64,000 nucleotides of DNA from Atractiella rhizophila (lineage: Eukaryota). Under the pieces are notes generated by a model. The model ran no database searches. It was not told the DNA's origin and saw only the letters and a list, made by a program, of their open reading frames with translations. Numbering within the stretch: position 1 is the first letter of the stretch; every line of letters starts with the position of its first letter. This document shows, one piece after another, positions 13,101-25,352 of the stretch. Both the position numbers and the translations under genes were made by a program. Where the stretch lies: positions 44,602 through 108,601 of the forward strand of contig MU271202.1 of the NCBI GenBank assembly GCA_021432655.1, written 5' to 3'.

Positions 13101-16100
13101 TCTAAGAAAACAGCCGCGACACGTGACGTGCGAGTATCCACGGGAACTGCGAGAATCGTAAACAACACTTCAACCAATTGGAGAAGGTAAATAAATACCT
13201 TTGCAATCCACGTTGGTACAATACTGTAGTAGGGCGTCCACCAGGCCGCTTTGCAGCAGTTCGAAACTCGACATACTGTTGTCCTTGATTAGGAGCTCGA
13301 CAACCTCCCCAAGGATGGCTTTAGACTCGGCTGCAAATTCAGCGTCGTCTAACATAGATTCGGCTGAAGAAATCGCTACAAGGCGTCCAACAAGATGGGC
13401 AACGCCGTCCATTGCTGCTTTTGCTTTAGCAGCAGGTGCGGAATCAGCAGTGATGTATCTTTCACGGAGATGTCGAGCCCGGTAGGTATTTAGATCCCTA
13501 TTTTGCATGTCCGACGTAGTCATAGGAATTGATGGGCGTGATGAGGATGCTAAACGCTTGTGTCAGCAACTCGTCGTGGAATTCAACGACATACGAAGAT
13601 CAAAGGTTGCACCAAGATCCCGTCCAGAATTCGAATAATTGGAGTCGGTGTGCGTGAGCTCACTGGACTTGAGAGACTCCTTCTTCTTCGACTTGGAGGA
13701 TTTGTACAAGATCGGTCCGATTGCAATCCGTTCGATTTCATACATCACTCCCTCTTTTCTGAAGGCAAGATGATAAGCGTCTGGCATCTTCTCTAATAGC
13801 AGTTCAGCAATTTGAAGAGCGTGAGTAACTAGATGCGTTTGATCCACTGCTGTCAGGATCGACGACAGTAGATTCGCCATCGGTACAGCCTATGCAGCGT
13901 CTTAGCCTTTTCCTGCTTGTTTGTGGTACTAGGAAGCATACCTCCAACACCGTATGAAGGTGGTTAGTCTCACAAAATGTGACCATCTTCAACATGGCCA
14001 AAACTGCTTGTCTGCGAATACTGGGACTGACGCTCGCGGAGTACACATCGACTAGAGTAGGCAGTAGAAGAGAATAAAACACCTGAACAGCTCGCAATCG
14101 GGTGTCGCTTCCTTCTCTCAGGAGTTGGGCTCTTCTCTCCTCGGCAACATCTTTAGGGATCATGGAGGCTCGAAGGAAATCGAATGAACCTTCGCCATCT
14201 ACATGAGGATCCACGACAGCTGCTGTTGGCGGCACGGAGCTTTCCTCAATCTTAATATCAGGAGTAGATTCTGCCGTCTCAGGTGCAGAAGCGGTAGTGG
14301 TTGATGGTGCCGGCGTTACGTTGTCTGGTGGTAATGCTGGCGTCATCTCCTCTCGCTTGATCCTCACGTCTTTTGTGATTTCCTTGGGTTTCTTGGGCTT
14401 ATAGGCTTTGACGTCGAACAGCCCATCTACGAGGGTAAATTCATCATTAGTATCAGTTTAAAGAAATGTAAGCAAATCCTGACCCTTTGGTAGTGCAGGT
14501 AACAATTCAACTGTTAGATTGAGGGTCTCCAACACCCTTTCCTTTGGTCTGTGAACCAGATTCTGGATCACAAGCATTCCCTCATCCTCCCTCTTCTTGA
14601 GCATTCCATTGTCACCTTCCTCTGGTGGCTCCACTCCAGTCATGACTTGAAAGATAGTCTTCCCTACCCCTAAATCCATCAAAGCGACTGCGACATTAGT
14701 ACTCTTTTCGCTCGCCGTTGTGAGGGCTTTTAGGACGGTGACGTAGGTGCTGGAATCGATATTGGAGCTATTTGGAGGGACAAGAAGACCAAGAAAGGAT
14801 TCGAGGACGTTCTCAGGTAAAAGTACCTCCAGCTTTTCTGGATAGCTCTGGAAACTGTGGACAGCATTCGCGAACGATTGACATGCCGATTCAACCAGTT
14901 TTTTGTCTCCGGAATGGAGAATCTGTGCCAGTTGAGGGACTATATCCCGGATGAGAGGGAAACAGTCAATGCTGAGTTTCTGGCAGCATCGGGACACTGC
15001 GTCCATGGCGCTTCTTTGGACTGCTATCGCATGAAAGTCGAGATTGACGAGGAGAGCGGCCATCGCACCTTCGCGAGCGAGCTGACCTGGACACTCTTCT
15101 GCAATCTTGTGGATTGTCTACACTCTCCGTCAGCAACGAAAGGAAGAAGGAGGAGACAAACTCACACTGATCGTTTGCTCCGCGAGTTCAATATATGTAA
15201 TATTTGTCAACTTGGCGCAGAGAACTGGGATCGCACCACCGTAAGCGACGTTATGGCTGGATCCAGGAAGCGCCTCCATAAGATTGGCAAGACAGCGACA
15301 AGCGACGATTTGCATGTCGTCCCCTCCGCCTCCACTTGCGCTCCCACCTCCACCTCCAAACCCTCCAATTCCTCCAATTCCCATATCAGTAGCAAATCCG
15401 AAGGCTGCCATCTCCTCAGCTGTAAGTCCCAAATCGTTGGCGACCATTCCGGCCATTTGGATATCCATCATCATCGCATCATCCATCAGCCTCACTCCTT
15501 CGCCACTGCCCCTTTCACCACCAGCATTTGCCGCCTCCCCGTTAGTGACCTCTACCTCCCCATCTCCACCACCTTCATTCTCCATCTCACCTTCGTCTCC
15601 GTCATCACCATCTCCTTCATCACCATCGCCATCCTCACCATCATCGTCTCCATCCCCTTCACCATCTTCATCATTATCCCTCCCTTCTTCATGCTTCGTC
15701 TTCATTTTCGGTCCAAAATCTCCCTCCAAGATCCTCACCAACTCGGCTACCAAGCTGTCGACCTGAATATTTCCCGGCAAAGTATCCTCCGTGGCATAAC
15801 TCAGTATCTCACTAAGTTCTTGAAGAGCAGTAGCCTTTTCCGAGATCTTGCTACCCCTCAAGAGGTTAAGGATCTCCCTCAAACGGGGCGAATAGGCGTT
15901 GAACGCGTTCTGGAACGCTCGCAATGAAGCTAGAGAAGGTGGGATCCCTCCAGCACCCGTGGCAGCGCGGCCGAAGGCATCAGCCAGACGAGAGGCAGAT
16001 GTCGACGGAGCGGCAGTCTCGTTTCGCATGGAAGGTACATTTGGGTCTTGCTCGTCGTCCGACTCGTCGGGGGATTCGACGTTGGGATTCGCTGAAGGAG

Positions 16101-17997
16101 GAGGTTGCTGTTCAGGCTCCTCTCTAGGCTGACTTGTAGTTTCCGGTGCTTGATCTTGCGGATTCCGAGTTTCCTCCCCTTCCCACGCCAAGACCTCAGA
16201 CAGAAGACCCATTGTGTCTTCCGCCTCCTGGTCCGTCGCTCGATTTTTCCCCTTTTCTGAAGTTGCAGCAGCAAGGTCACTCTGCTCCTCCATCTCCACG
16301 TCACCGTCGACGTCAACGTCCATGGGCACTCTCCCGTCATCCACTTTCACGGGATGTGCGCTACTTCCTACTCCACTTCGAGAAGTAATGTTCTTCTTCC
16401 CTTTCTGGTTCGTCATTTTCCTTGACCTTAGATTGTACTTGTTGGTGTTGGTATTCTCGCTCGTCCGCGGTCCGTTCGTTCTCGGTTTCTTCGATCTTCG
16501 GTCCTCTGTGGTAGTTGCGGTGGTGGTGGTGGGTGAAGGAGGTTGATTTGAAGTGGAAGTAGATGCAAGAGGAGGTGAGGGAGAGATGGCTCGTCGCTTG
16601 CCAAGCGCTTTGGCCGACTGTGCGTTCGCGGTTGCAGGGATGATGATTGGAGTGGTGGCGGTAGAAATGGAGGCGGAGGTGACGGATTGGCGAGGGCGGA
16701 GTGTACGTCTGTCATTGCCGGACGGTCAGTCGAGGGCCGTCAATCAACATCAAGGTTGTGAATTGGGACGGAATTGACATAAAACACGGGACACGGTACA
16801 GACTAGAAATCACGAATATTCAGCAGAAGGATGGAGACCTGCCAATCAACGTCTGCTGTGACAAATCAGCTGGGTCATGCACAGAAGGTCACGTTTGTAT
16901 GGCTTGACGCATAAGGAGGCGTTCTTGTGAAAACATCAACTAACAGTGCGGACTTTTAACGATGGATTGTATTTTGAGATGAAGGCAGCATAACCATTCA
17001 CCCGTCTGTGGAAAGATTAATGGGAGTGCCTTCGAATCATATAGCTGGGGTTGATTGCTACCCGATGTTTGTCAAAAGGGGGATTTCTCCCAGCACCCGA
17101 AATTGTTTTGATGAGCACTATTTCAGAACGGGAAGGACGCCTTTGTTCACAGTTTTGTTTCCATAAGCTAGTATGCAGGACATGCTCTTTACACAATGTG
17201 GCCATCGCAGCAAGACTACAGCACCACTTGCTGAGTCAATGGGACCTCAAAGGTAAACACCATGACTCGCAAATGAGAAAGCCAAAAGCAGCACGCAACA
17301 CCAACCACGTCCCAGAATATTCAACCACGTCACTTTGGCCCATGATCCCATCGACATAGAAAGAAAGTTTGAACATAAACGCTTATGACGATTGCATACA
17401 AGACTGAATTGAAGAGTGCAGCGCTGGTAAGCACAGAAAATCTGGCTACTTTATGGTTTCAGCAAACCACTGGTCGTGAACAAGTAAAACAGCGAAGGAG
17501 AACTTAAAGAACACATTGCGCCATCAATACTTGGAATAACCAGAACTCCACCATGATTCCAACATATGACATAGAAGTAAGGCTCGTTGAACAACGCGAC
17601 TCCGAGAAGCAAAACGGTTCGCCACCCGAGCGAAACTGATAAGAAATGCATACCTTTTAGCACTTGAACTACCTTCTTGAACGTCCTGTCCAATATCTGC
17701 TTTGTTCCTCGTGCTACTTCTTTCCCGTGCAATGGTATTTTCTTCTCCGATTTCGTCTGCCTTCCTCTTCCTTCCTTTTCTCGCTGGTCCAGTTGCAGCA
17801 CCGGCACCGCTATTCGATACGGCGGAGGTAGACGGAGCAGGGGTAGGGAGGTCGGAAACGTAGAGGTTGTGGTGACCCGCGTTGGAGGTGGCTGAGTGCG
17901 GTTGGGATTGCGATTGGATGGATTGCTGGATGGATTGAGATTGCTGTTGCTGGATTCTCGTCGACCTTCTACGCTGCTGATTCGACGACGATTCCAT
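10155..17997 (-). CDS. UFD4: HECT E3 ubiquitin ligase of the UFD4/TRIP12 family (ARM repeats plus HECT)
   Basis: [63 protein letters not shown], catalytic [15 protein letters not shown] and C-terminal EGQNSFHLS*. The first exon (MESSSNQQ...) joins through a 945-nt intron; the start codon is inferred. Confidence 0.93.
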
Positions 17998-19510
17998 CAG
18001 AGACCCAACGCCATCGATCGACTCGGAGTGTTGAAGTCGATAAGTCGTAGTGGACGTCGTTTCGCAATCCTGCACTCTCGGATTTCACTTATATCCGCAT
18101 CCTTCCAGAACAGGAAATCACGTGACTGTATCCCTCCTGTTTCGACATTATTATGGAGAGGTCTTCCTCGCCTTTGACGCCACCGCCAGCAGAGCTGCAT
18201 CCGCTAGAACGCTCTGTACTGGAGGAGCTGACGACTCTAGACTTTCAACTGAAAGAAGTGCGCGTTTCTAGCTAGTTCTCGCTCGATCCTCATTCCCTTG
18301 ATCAGCTAGATAAAATTATAGGCGAGATTCAGCAGGTTCCGTTGGGTGTGGAGCTCATGCAAAATGGCTGGGAGGAGAAGTTAGGACTCGTGTTCACGCT
18401 CTTCAGAGCCAGCTGGTGGAGCCTGATGATGCAGAAAGAGGACCAGGTGAGGGTCCCTTTTCTTTGATATCTACTGCACAGATTGCTGACGCGTCAAACA
18501 ACTAGAACATGTAAACGGAATTCACTTGTGACATAACTGTACAGTGTCTATAAAATATTTTGTCAATCAGGTCTCTATCGCGCCGCGTTGGTCTTGATTG
18601 GCTCACCAACATAACATGACTACTAGCATATGAAAATGCAAAAGTGCGACGATGATTTATTCCCTGACTGAGCTTGTGTCTCTCCGACGATAAGTTTGAA
18701 GCAATGCCTTGAACCGGTGACGATTTTGTCTCTTCAGCTGTTCCCTCTCCCGCGTCTTGTCTCGAGTGTTCTGCAGCCGAAGTAGTAATGATGTTGAGTG
18801 ATTAGCCTAGATCTGATTATCACGGGAACTTGCTGTTTGTGATCTAATTTGGCTGTTGTTAGAGTATTGATAGGGTCGTGGAATCGAATATCGAACCTTC
18901 CTCACCATTTGAGGGAGCGTCTACTCTCGACCAGTCAATCTAACTGTGAATGGCGCGTACTTGAGCGAGAGTGATGGCACCTTCGTTCCAATCCTTAACA
19001 AACTTGGGATACGTTTTATTTTCTCGTTGTGCTAATTTTATTGACGTTGACGCAACGGGCTGCCTGTTTCTGCATGAACCTTCGCCTGACTTCAATATAC
19101 AATTATTCTAAAGAATAGTTCATTGAATGATAGGATTCCTTACCTCGTTATCGCTGAGTGCAATCGAGAATACTAGCAACGTTTAATATTGATCCGTGTA
19201 CGATTGCAACTGAGGAGGTGAGATAGGACAAGTAAATACACAAACAGTACAGACCAGCAGACCAGACAGAAGAAAGGTGATTTGTGGACAAAAAATGAAC
19301 TTCTAACGACTCCCTGCCACTTCGATTCACTTCGATCGCATAGACGAGCACTGCAACGTTAGAATGGATAGACAGACACCCATGATTCCGATCAATCAAT
19401 AAGACAAGAATGGGAATAAACGTTAGATGACACGGAGGGGATGAGAGTGAGCACATATACGGATACCAAACAACACGGAATGCTTTTTGTTGTCACATCA
19501 TAACAAAATA

Positions 19511-21352
19511 TCAAAAATCGTCAAAGTCGACTTCCATCCGATCCGGAGATGGAGATCGACTCGCCGGGAACTTATAGGAACCGAATTCTTCAGAGAATCG
19601 TCTCGCTTTTTCTTCATAAAAATCCCACCACTCCCTCTCAGAGATGAGAGGATTATCGCATCCTTCATAAATGGCGTTAAACGAAACTTGTTCGTGCAGC
19701 TTGCTCTCCGCAAGTTTCTTACCCAACACAACCGCTTGATCATCTGTCGGCATGGTCGGTACGGAGCTTGGCTGGGCAGGTACTGTCGGCGTGGCTGTGG
19801 GAGAGGGAGAACCGACGATGAAACAGGAAGAGCTGATGCCAGAGCCTTCGAGCTCGGAGAGAGTAACGACAAAAGAGGGGCTGGATGGCATGTATGGACT
19901 CGAGTGTGAAGAGCCGGGGGCGGGCTCATCGTTTGCCATCGCGGCTTTGTCTTGAGGTGATGAATCAGACATAGGGGCTGGAGACAGAGCACTGGATTGA
20001 GGAAAGGTGAATTGTGCCATTGCTTCTTGAGGCGAAGGGGTAGAAGGCGGGAAGGTATATGCAGGATTTGGATCTTGAAGCGGAGCGTCATTTGGGGGTG
20101 GAGAGAAAGCAGCGACGGGAGGGAAGGTGTATGTGGAAGGCGTCGTCTCGCTCGACAGCGGCTGGAATTCATCGAGAACAGGCGAGAACGCGTGCTCCTC
20201 GTTGGGCGGAAGTGGCGTACCGGCGTCTGAAGCGTAAGAGGTTGACAAATATGAGGTGTCGCCCATGAAAGGGGTAGGCGTGGGCTGACTGAACTGTTCT
20301 GAGGCGGGAAACGTTATCTGCATGCAGTTCTGGGCGACATCGAGCTGAGCGCCGTCGTCCATAGATTCCGTTGGAGCAAGGGGAGTGTATGCCAACGCTC
20401 CTTCGTTAACGGGAGAAGGAGGGAATCGGAACGGTGTTGGGTGCTGTTCTGCATGGCTTTGAGGGGAGGACGCTGATGAAAGGTCCATATACGGGGTCGG
20501 GTGAGGGTCATACGGTATGACGTGGCGTTCCGGATGGGAATAAGACGTCGTAAAGTTGTTTGAACTAGGAGGGATCCACTCATGCCCAGTGCAATGAGCT
20601 GTTCCATCCATATCTTGTCCCATTTCGACCTCTTCATCCCTCTCCGGAAATCGATACGTCCCTCCACCTCCTTCAACACCATCCACCTTCCCTTCTTTCA
20701 CCTCTCCATAAATCCGTCCTTCCTGAGTCCGATAAACCTGGACCTCGCTCTCCTTCGGCATAAAATACTTCCATTCCTCCTCAGGCAGTCTCTTGCGTTT
20801 CCGTTGTCTTTTCTTCTTCGGCATCTCATACATTTTCGATTCCTGCGCCCTCTTCGCCTCTTCCTCTTCCTTTCGCGCCCTCTCAGCTTCCTCATCTTCA
20901 GGCATAAAATCGCTCCATCCATCCAATTCTTTCATTGGCGGTCCGGGAGCGACACCGTATGTGACCTTGAGACCTCTGTGCTCTTGATCGGCGAAGCGGA
21001 CAAGGTCATCATACGTCACATCCATGGTGACGACTTCATCGGCTTTGGTCTCAGTGGCAGAGGAGGAGGAGGAGGGTTGATCGTCTGAGGTTTTGGGAGG
21101 GAGTGAGGTGGGAGCTCCTTCTGGAGAAGCCGTGGAGGTGCCTATCCATTCGTCCTCTTCATTCGTGGTCCCTGAGCGTGATTTTGAAGCTCCGTCTTTC
21201 ACGCTGACCTGAGTCGTCTGCCCGTTCTGACACTTGGTAATGTACTGATTCTCCCACTCGCCATATCGCTGGTGGAAGACTTTTAAGGCCGGGTCATCGG
21301 CTACGCGACGTAACGGCAGACCTTCCCCGGAACGGTACTGGTATTGAACCAT
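19511..21352 (-). CDS. Intronless hypothetical protein of about 610 aa with a basic NLS-like stretch and Pro/Ser-rich low complexity
   Basis: 633-codon open frame containing KKKRQRKRKR. Likely start is MVQYQYR at 21352. Confidence 0.75.
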   Translation of the reverse strand: MVQYQYRSGEGLPLRRVADDPALKVFHQRYGEWENQYITKCQNGQTTQVSVKDGASKSRSGTTNEEDEWIGTSTASPEGAPTSLPPKTSDDQPSSSSSATETKADEVVTMDVTYDDLVRFADQEHRGLKVTYGVAPGPPMKELDGWSDFMPEDEEAERARKEEEEAKRAQESKMYEMPKKKRQRKRKRLPEEEWKYFMPKESEVQVYRTQEGRIYGEVKEGKVDGVEGGGGTYRFPERDEEVEMGQDMDGTAHCTGHEWIPPSSNNFTTSYSHPERHVIPYDPHPTPYMDLSSASSPQSHAEQHPTPFRFPPSPVNEGALAYTPLAPTESMDDGAQLDVAQNCMQITFPASEQFSQPTPTPFMGDTSYLSTSYASDAGTPLPPNEEHAFSPVLDEFQPLSSETTPSTYTFPPVAAFSPPPNDAPLQDPNPAYTFPPSTPSPQEAMAQFTFPQSSALSPAPMSDSSPQDKAAMANDEPAPGSSHSSPYMPSSPSFVVTLSELEGSGISSSCFIVGSPSPTATPTVPAQPSSVPTMPTDDQAVVLGKKLAESKLHEQVSFNAIYEGCDNPLISEREWWDFYEEKARRFSEEFGSYKFPASRSPSPDRMEVDFDDF

Positions 21353-22295
21353 CGTGATGAAAGTCGGTTCGGTGGTGAGGGAAGGGATGGAAAAAGTGAT
21401 CATGAGGCGCATGAGCGGTTGTGGGAATGAATACAGGGTGGAAGAGCTGTGGGGAGACTCGACGGATATCGACCAAGGACCAGAATTGCGAGCTTGTTCC
21501 CTATCCAGGTTGCATGCCGTCAGCGATTCTGGAATCCAAGCGAAGACAAATAGGCGAAAAGTGAGGATATCCGTACCACTTCAGCGTATCGTACCATCTC
21601 CTGCATTGGGCACGATTGAAGACCCAAACCCAACCCGGCACAGCGACACGTTTCTTCTCCATTTTGTCGACTTTGGAAGCCAGGAGAAGCGGGACATGAC
21701 CCTTTATCGCCGCATGCTAAAGAGAACATCAAATCATCGCTTCAACTTTCAAAAGGGTGACTTACACACAGGATCTTTGCGGATTTCTCATCCGGTATAT
21801 AACCTCTCCAGGAGGGACCCCAAAGAGACTTCTTCATCGACCTCGATGGCTCCTCACGCATGCTCCTGACAACGCTCGTTCTGCCCCCACCCCCCATCAA
21901 TCCGCGCTCCGAAAACGGGAAGAAAACGCTCACGAGCGAGGGGATAAGTGGGACGGGAAGCGTATGTAAGAAGAATGGGGATCCGCCAAGTGGCGAGGGA
22001 GGAATGCTTCGTGGTCGTTGGGGACAGAATGAATTAGGCACCAACAAAGGGAGGTGCTAGCGCCAATAAAGAGATCGGTTCCAGGTTCGGAGTTAATTTC
22101 AGCCCTGGATTTGGGCACGGACATGACAGTTCTCGACCTGGGCCGGATTAGCAGAATGAGTCATGTCTGCGTCCGTTGTCGGCACCGTGAATCCGATGAG
22201 GCCGTTCATAATTGCTGTCCGTTTCCGTGTTCGTAAAGGCGACGCTGCAGAACGGCAAGAGAGAGAGAACGACGAGATAGCGCAGAGCAGAAACA

Positions 22296-25173
22296 ATGTC
22301 ATCCTCAGCATCGAGCTCCTCGTCGCCCAGAGAAGATGGACTCAGTCCACCCGTCGTCAAACTCCCCTCGTGCGACGCGTGCCGTATGCGTCGAATACGA
22401 TGCGATCGACCCAGCGAATCTTTAGAGGAGCAATGTCGACAGTGCAAGAAGCGTGGGATCAACTGTACCCTCGATAGGAAACTGGGTGGCGGAAGGAAGA
22501 ACAGGAGGGATGGTGCTGTTGTCGCCTTGGCTAGGCAGAAATTTGGAGCGGGAACGGTGGTTACCAGCAAAGCGGAGGATCAAGTCGTGAGATTGGAATT
22601 AGGAAAGGCAGTGAAGAGCTCTTTGGTGCAGGGTGCGTCGAAGTATGCTCTCCCATTCGAGTGTCAGTGTCTCGGGATATTGTGTTGTGAGGCCAAAGCC
22701 TATAGCCCGTTTTGCGGCGTAGAAGCAGCACAGAAGAATTGCGATTTTGCGGAATGCTAGCACCTGTGAAGTTTCTGATCAATTAGAGATCATGAACCAC
22801 TCTCAATGATGAAGATGTTACGTTGTAACGCATTCGGGATCTTCTCGCTGCTCATTATTTGCGGCTTTGCAACTCTCGGCTTGCGGACTGAGCAAATGCT
22901 TGTGGTCCCGACTGTGTCATCAGCTGTATTATTAGTTTTGTTTTATGGATTTGGCGTCTGCAAAGCTTAGCACCACAGTCATCACGGATTGTTTGCAACA
23001 TGAAGGAGAAATCCAAGTCCAACATTCTCTGTTTACTTTTTGACCATCATCTTGTGCTCATTCACGCAGAATGCTGGAGCAGTCTGTCATAGCTTCACCG
23101 TAACCGCCGCTCCACTGTTCAAAAATTGTGGCCTAAATAGGGCACTTTCCAACATCGCCCCAATTTTGCATTTTCATAGCTAGAATCTAGCTCTCATTAT
23201 TAAACTACCGTCATCTCTTCGCTGACCGACTCCATTGTAGAGTTCCTCTCTTCGCAATACACACCAGAGCATCTTTATCCATGGCACAAATTTTACCACG
23301 CTTTCAACACCGACACCATGACGCGAGAACAGGAATCCCTAGCAGAAGCTGTTTTCATGACCGCGTCTCGATCGTCCAAACTCCTGGCTGACCGCAGAGG
23401 TGCGTCTCTTCGTCTTACCATATGCTATGTAAAGCTCACATCCTAGACAGACGTTCGTAAGTTCAAACTACTATCACGTCTGGAACGTCTGACCAGAACC
23501 AGGTTCGAAATTATGGGATTCTGCACTCGCAATGTCCGAGTCGCGAGGAGTGACGAAAGGGAAATTGGGCATGGAGACGTTAGCGATACTCATTTTGCTC
23601 TTGAATGCATTCCATCGTCAGTCCTCTCTGCCTCTTACTCCCCATCTCCGCAGCTGAAAAGGTGATAGACGAGCCGGATCAAACGACCAATATACGACTG
23701 TACACTGTGCTGGCATGTGAACAGCTCAAAATTTACTTTGAAAGCACACCCACAAAAGGCTCGTCTGTTACACCTTCCTGGAGCCTCACTGACACTGCCG
23801 ATGCTCTAGAATGGGTAGACGAAAAAGGACAAAATGCTTATCATATCTGGGTAAGTTTTCTGTGCCTGCTATAGATCCTGTTCAAATAACAATGCGTTAG
23901 ATTTTCACAAGTTTAATCGCCGCGAGGCTGGGGACAATCCCACCGTGAGTGGTTCTTTCACTCCATTCTGAGAAGTACTGATAATTTTTAGATTGTGAGT
24001 TGCCTTTCCTGCCTGAAAGATACTCCTGACGACAAATCAGATCTGAAGAAGAGTACTATGAGATTTGTTCCCCACATAATGAATACAACGACCTCACAAG
24101 GGCCGTGATGTTACAAGACATGTCATGGGAGGATTTGCTCAAGTACGCAGCTGAAAACTGTTCAGGGTGCATCCATTCCCTAAACACCATTACGGTCACT
24201 GATTTAACGGCAAGGGAGTTCCAACAAGCATTCCATCAATCACTAGACAAAGAACAGATGAGTCGCGACCACGTCTTCTGGCTCATCACTCTCCCCCACC
24301 TTTGCGAATCCGCATTCATAGCTCGCGCCATCGCTTCACACATCACCAGTCGAGCTGCTCGTCGCACTCCTCTCACCCGCGCCAACCTCTCCACCCTCCT
24401 CTCCCGCCTCTATTTCTTCGGCGCCACACTCCCCTTCGTTGCGAAGAACTATGCCCGCCTTCCGGCAAGCTATAAGGTGTTCAAACCTGCATTCTACTTG
24501 CTCTTTTTGAAGAGCTCCTTCGCTTATCTGGCAGCAATCGTTTACACCAACCTGACTGAGCGTCTTAATAAGGGAGAGGAGTGGGAAGAGGATTATGCGC
24601 TTGTTGTGACGATGGGCATTCAGAGCAGTCGTTGGTTAGCAGAGATCATGAAGGTGCGCCTTTTCATAATCTTGACGCACTCAGCGAAACGTGCTGAAGG
24701 AATTGCATAGGACACGGTTCAACTCGGAGGCAATGCGGGAAGCTACCTTGGCTTGACGCTTCTTAAAGACTACGTCCCCATTGGCATCCAACTCTTAGTC
24801 AGTGCCCCACTTGAAGACCCAATACTTCAATCTTCGAGCACCGTGCCGAGCTCATTCGTTCCTCTAACTCTTGAACGTAAGATCGAAGAACTCCAATGGT
24901 AAGCCCTTTTCGTTACATCCCGGATCACCTACCTTTCATGTTGACTCAAATGACAGGATAAAAGACGGCCTGGAGGACTATAAAAAATCTTGGGACCACA
25001 ATTGGATCCCACAGTCCATCTCCGTGATCGAACTTGCCATGATCAATCTAAAGGCTCAGCAAGAGGAAGAGTTTCAATCAACATTGAGTTTTGATTCTTC
25101 CATAACCTTAGGCGATTTCCTCGCAAGTATAGGGCTGCCACCAACTTTGGGAGAGCCATTGGTGTCATCCTGA
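22296..25173 (+). CDS. Zn(II)2Cys6 fungal transcription factor
   Basis: CDACRMRRIRCD...CRQCKKRGINC binuclear cluster. Downstream exons resume in frame at 23241 after a 608-nt intron. Confidence 0.85.
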
Positions 25174-25352
25174 CCTGCTTCATTTTTATCCCTGACTTCA
25201 GCACTTGCGGCTTGCATACTCGGCTTGCTTCGCGCTATCTGGTTTCTTACGTGCGTTCTTAATTGCTTCGTGCCATATGTTTTCCCTTGGTTCTAGGTTG
25301 TTAAATGGTGCTGTAACTGTGAATATGTGCAAATTAAACTCAAACAAAGCAT

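Noticed and set aside
14857..15927. 356-aa plus-strand ORF, and similar antisense ORFs over DnaJ, NACHT and the 633-aa gene
   Set aside because: Antisense shadows of low-complexity coding sequence.
16850..17400. RNase P-like or TPP-riboswitch-like words in the UFD4 intron
   Set aside because: The conserved core elements are not present in the required order.
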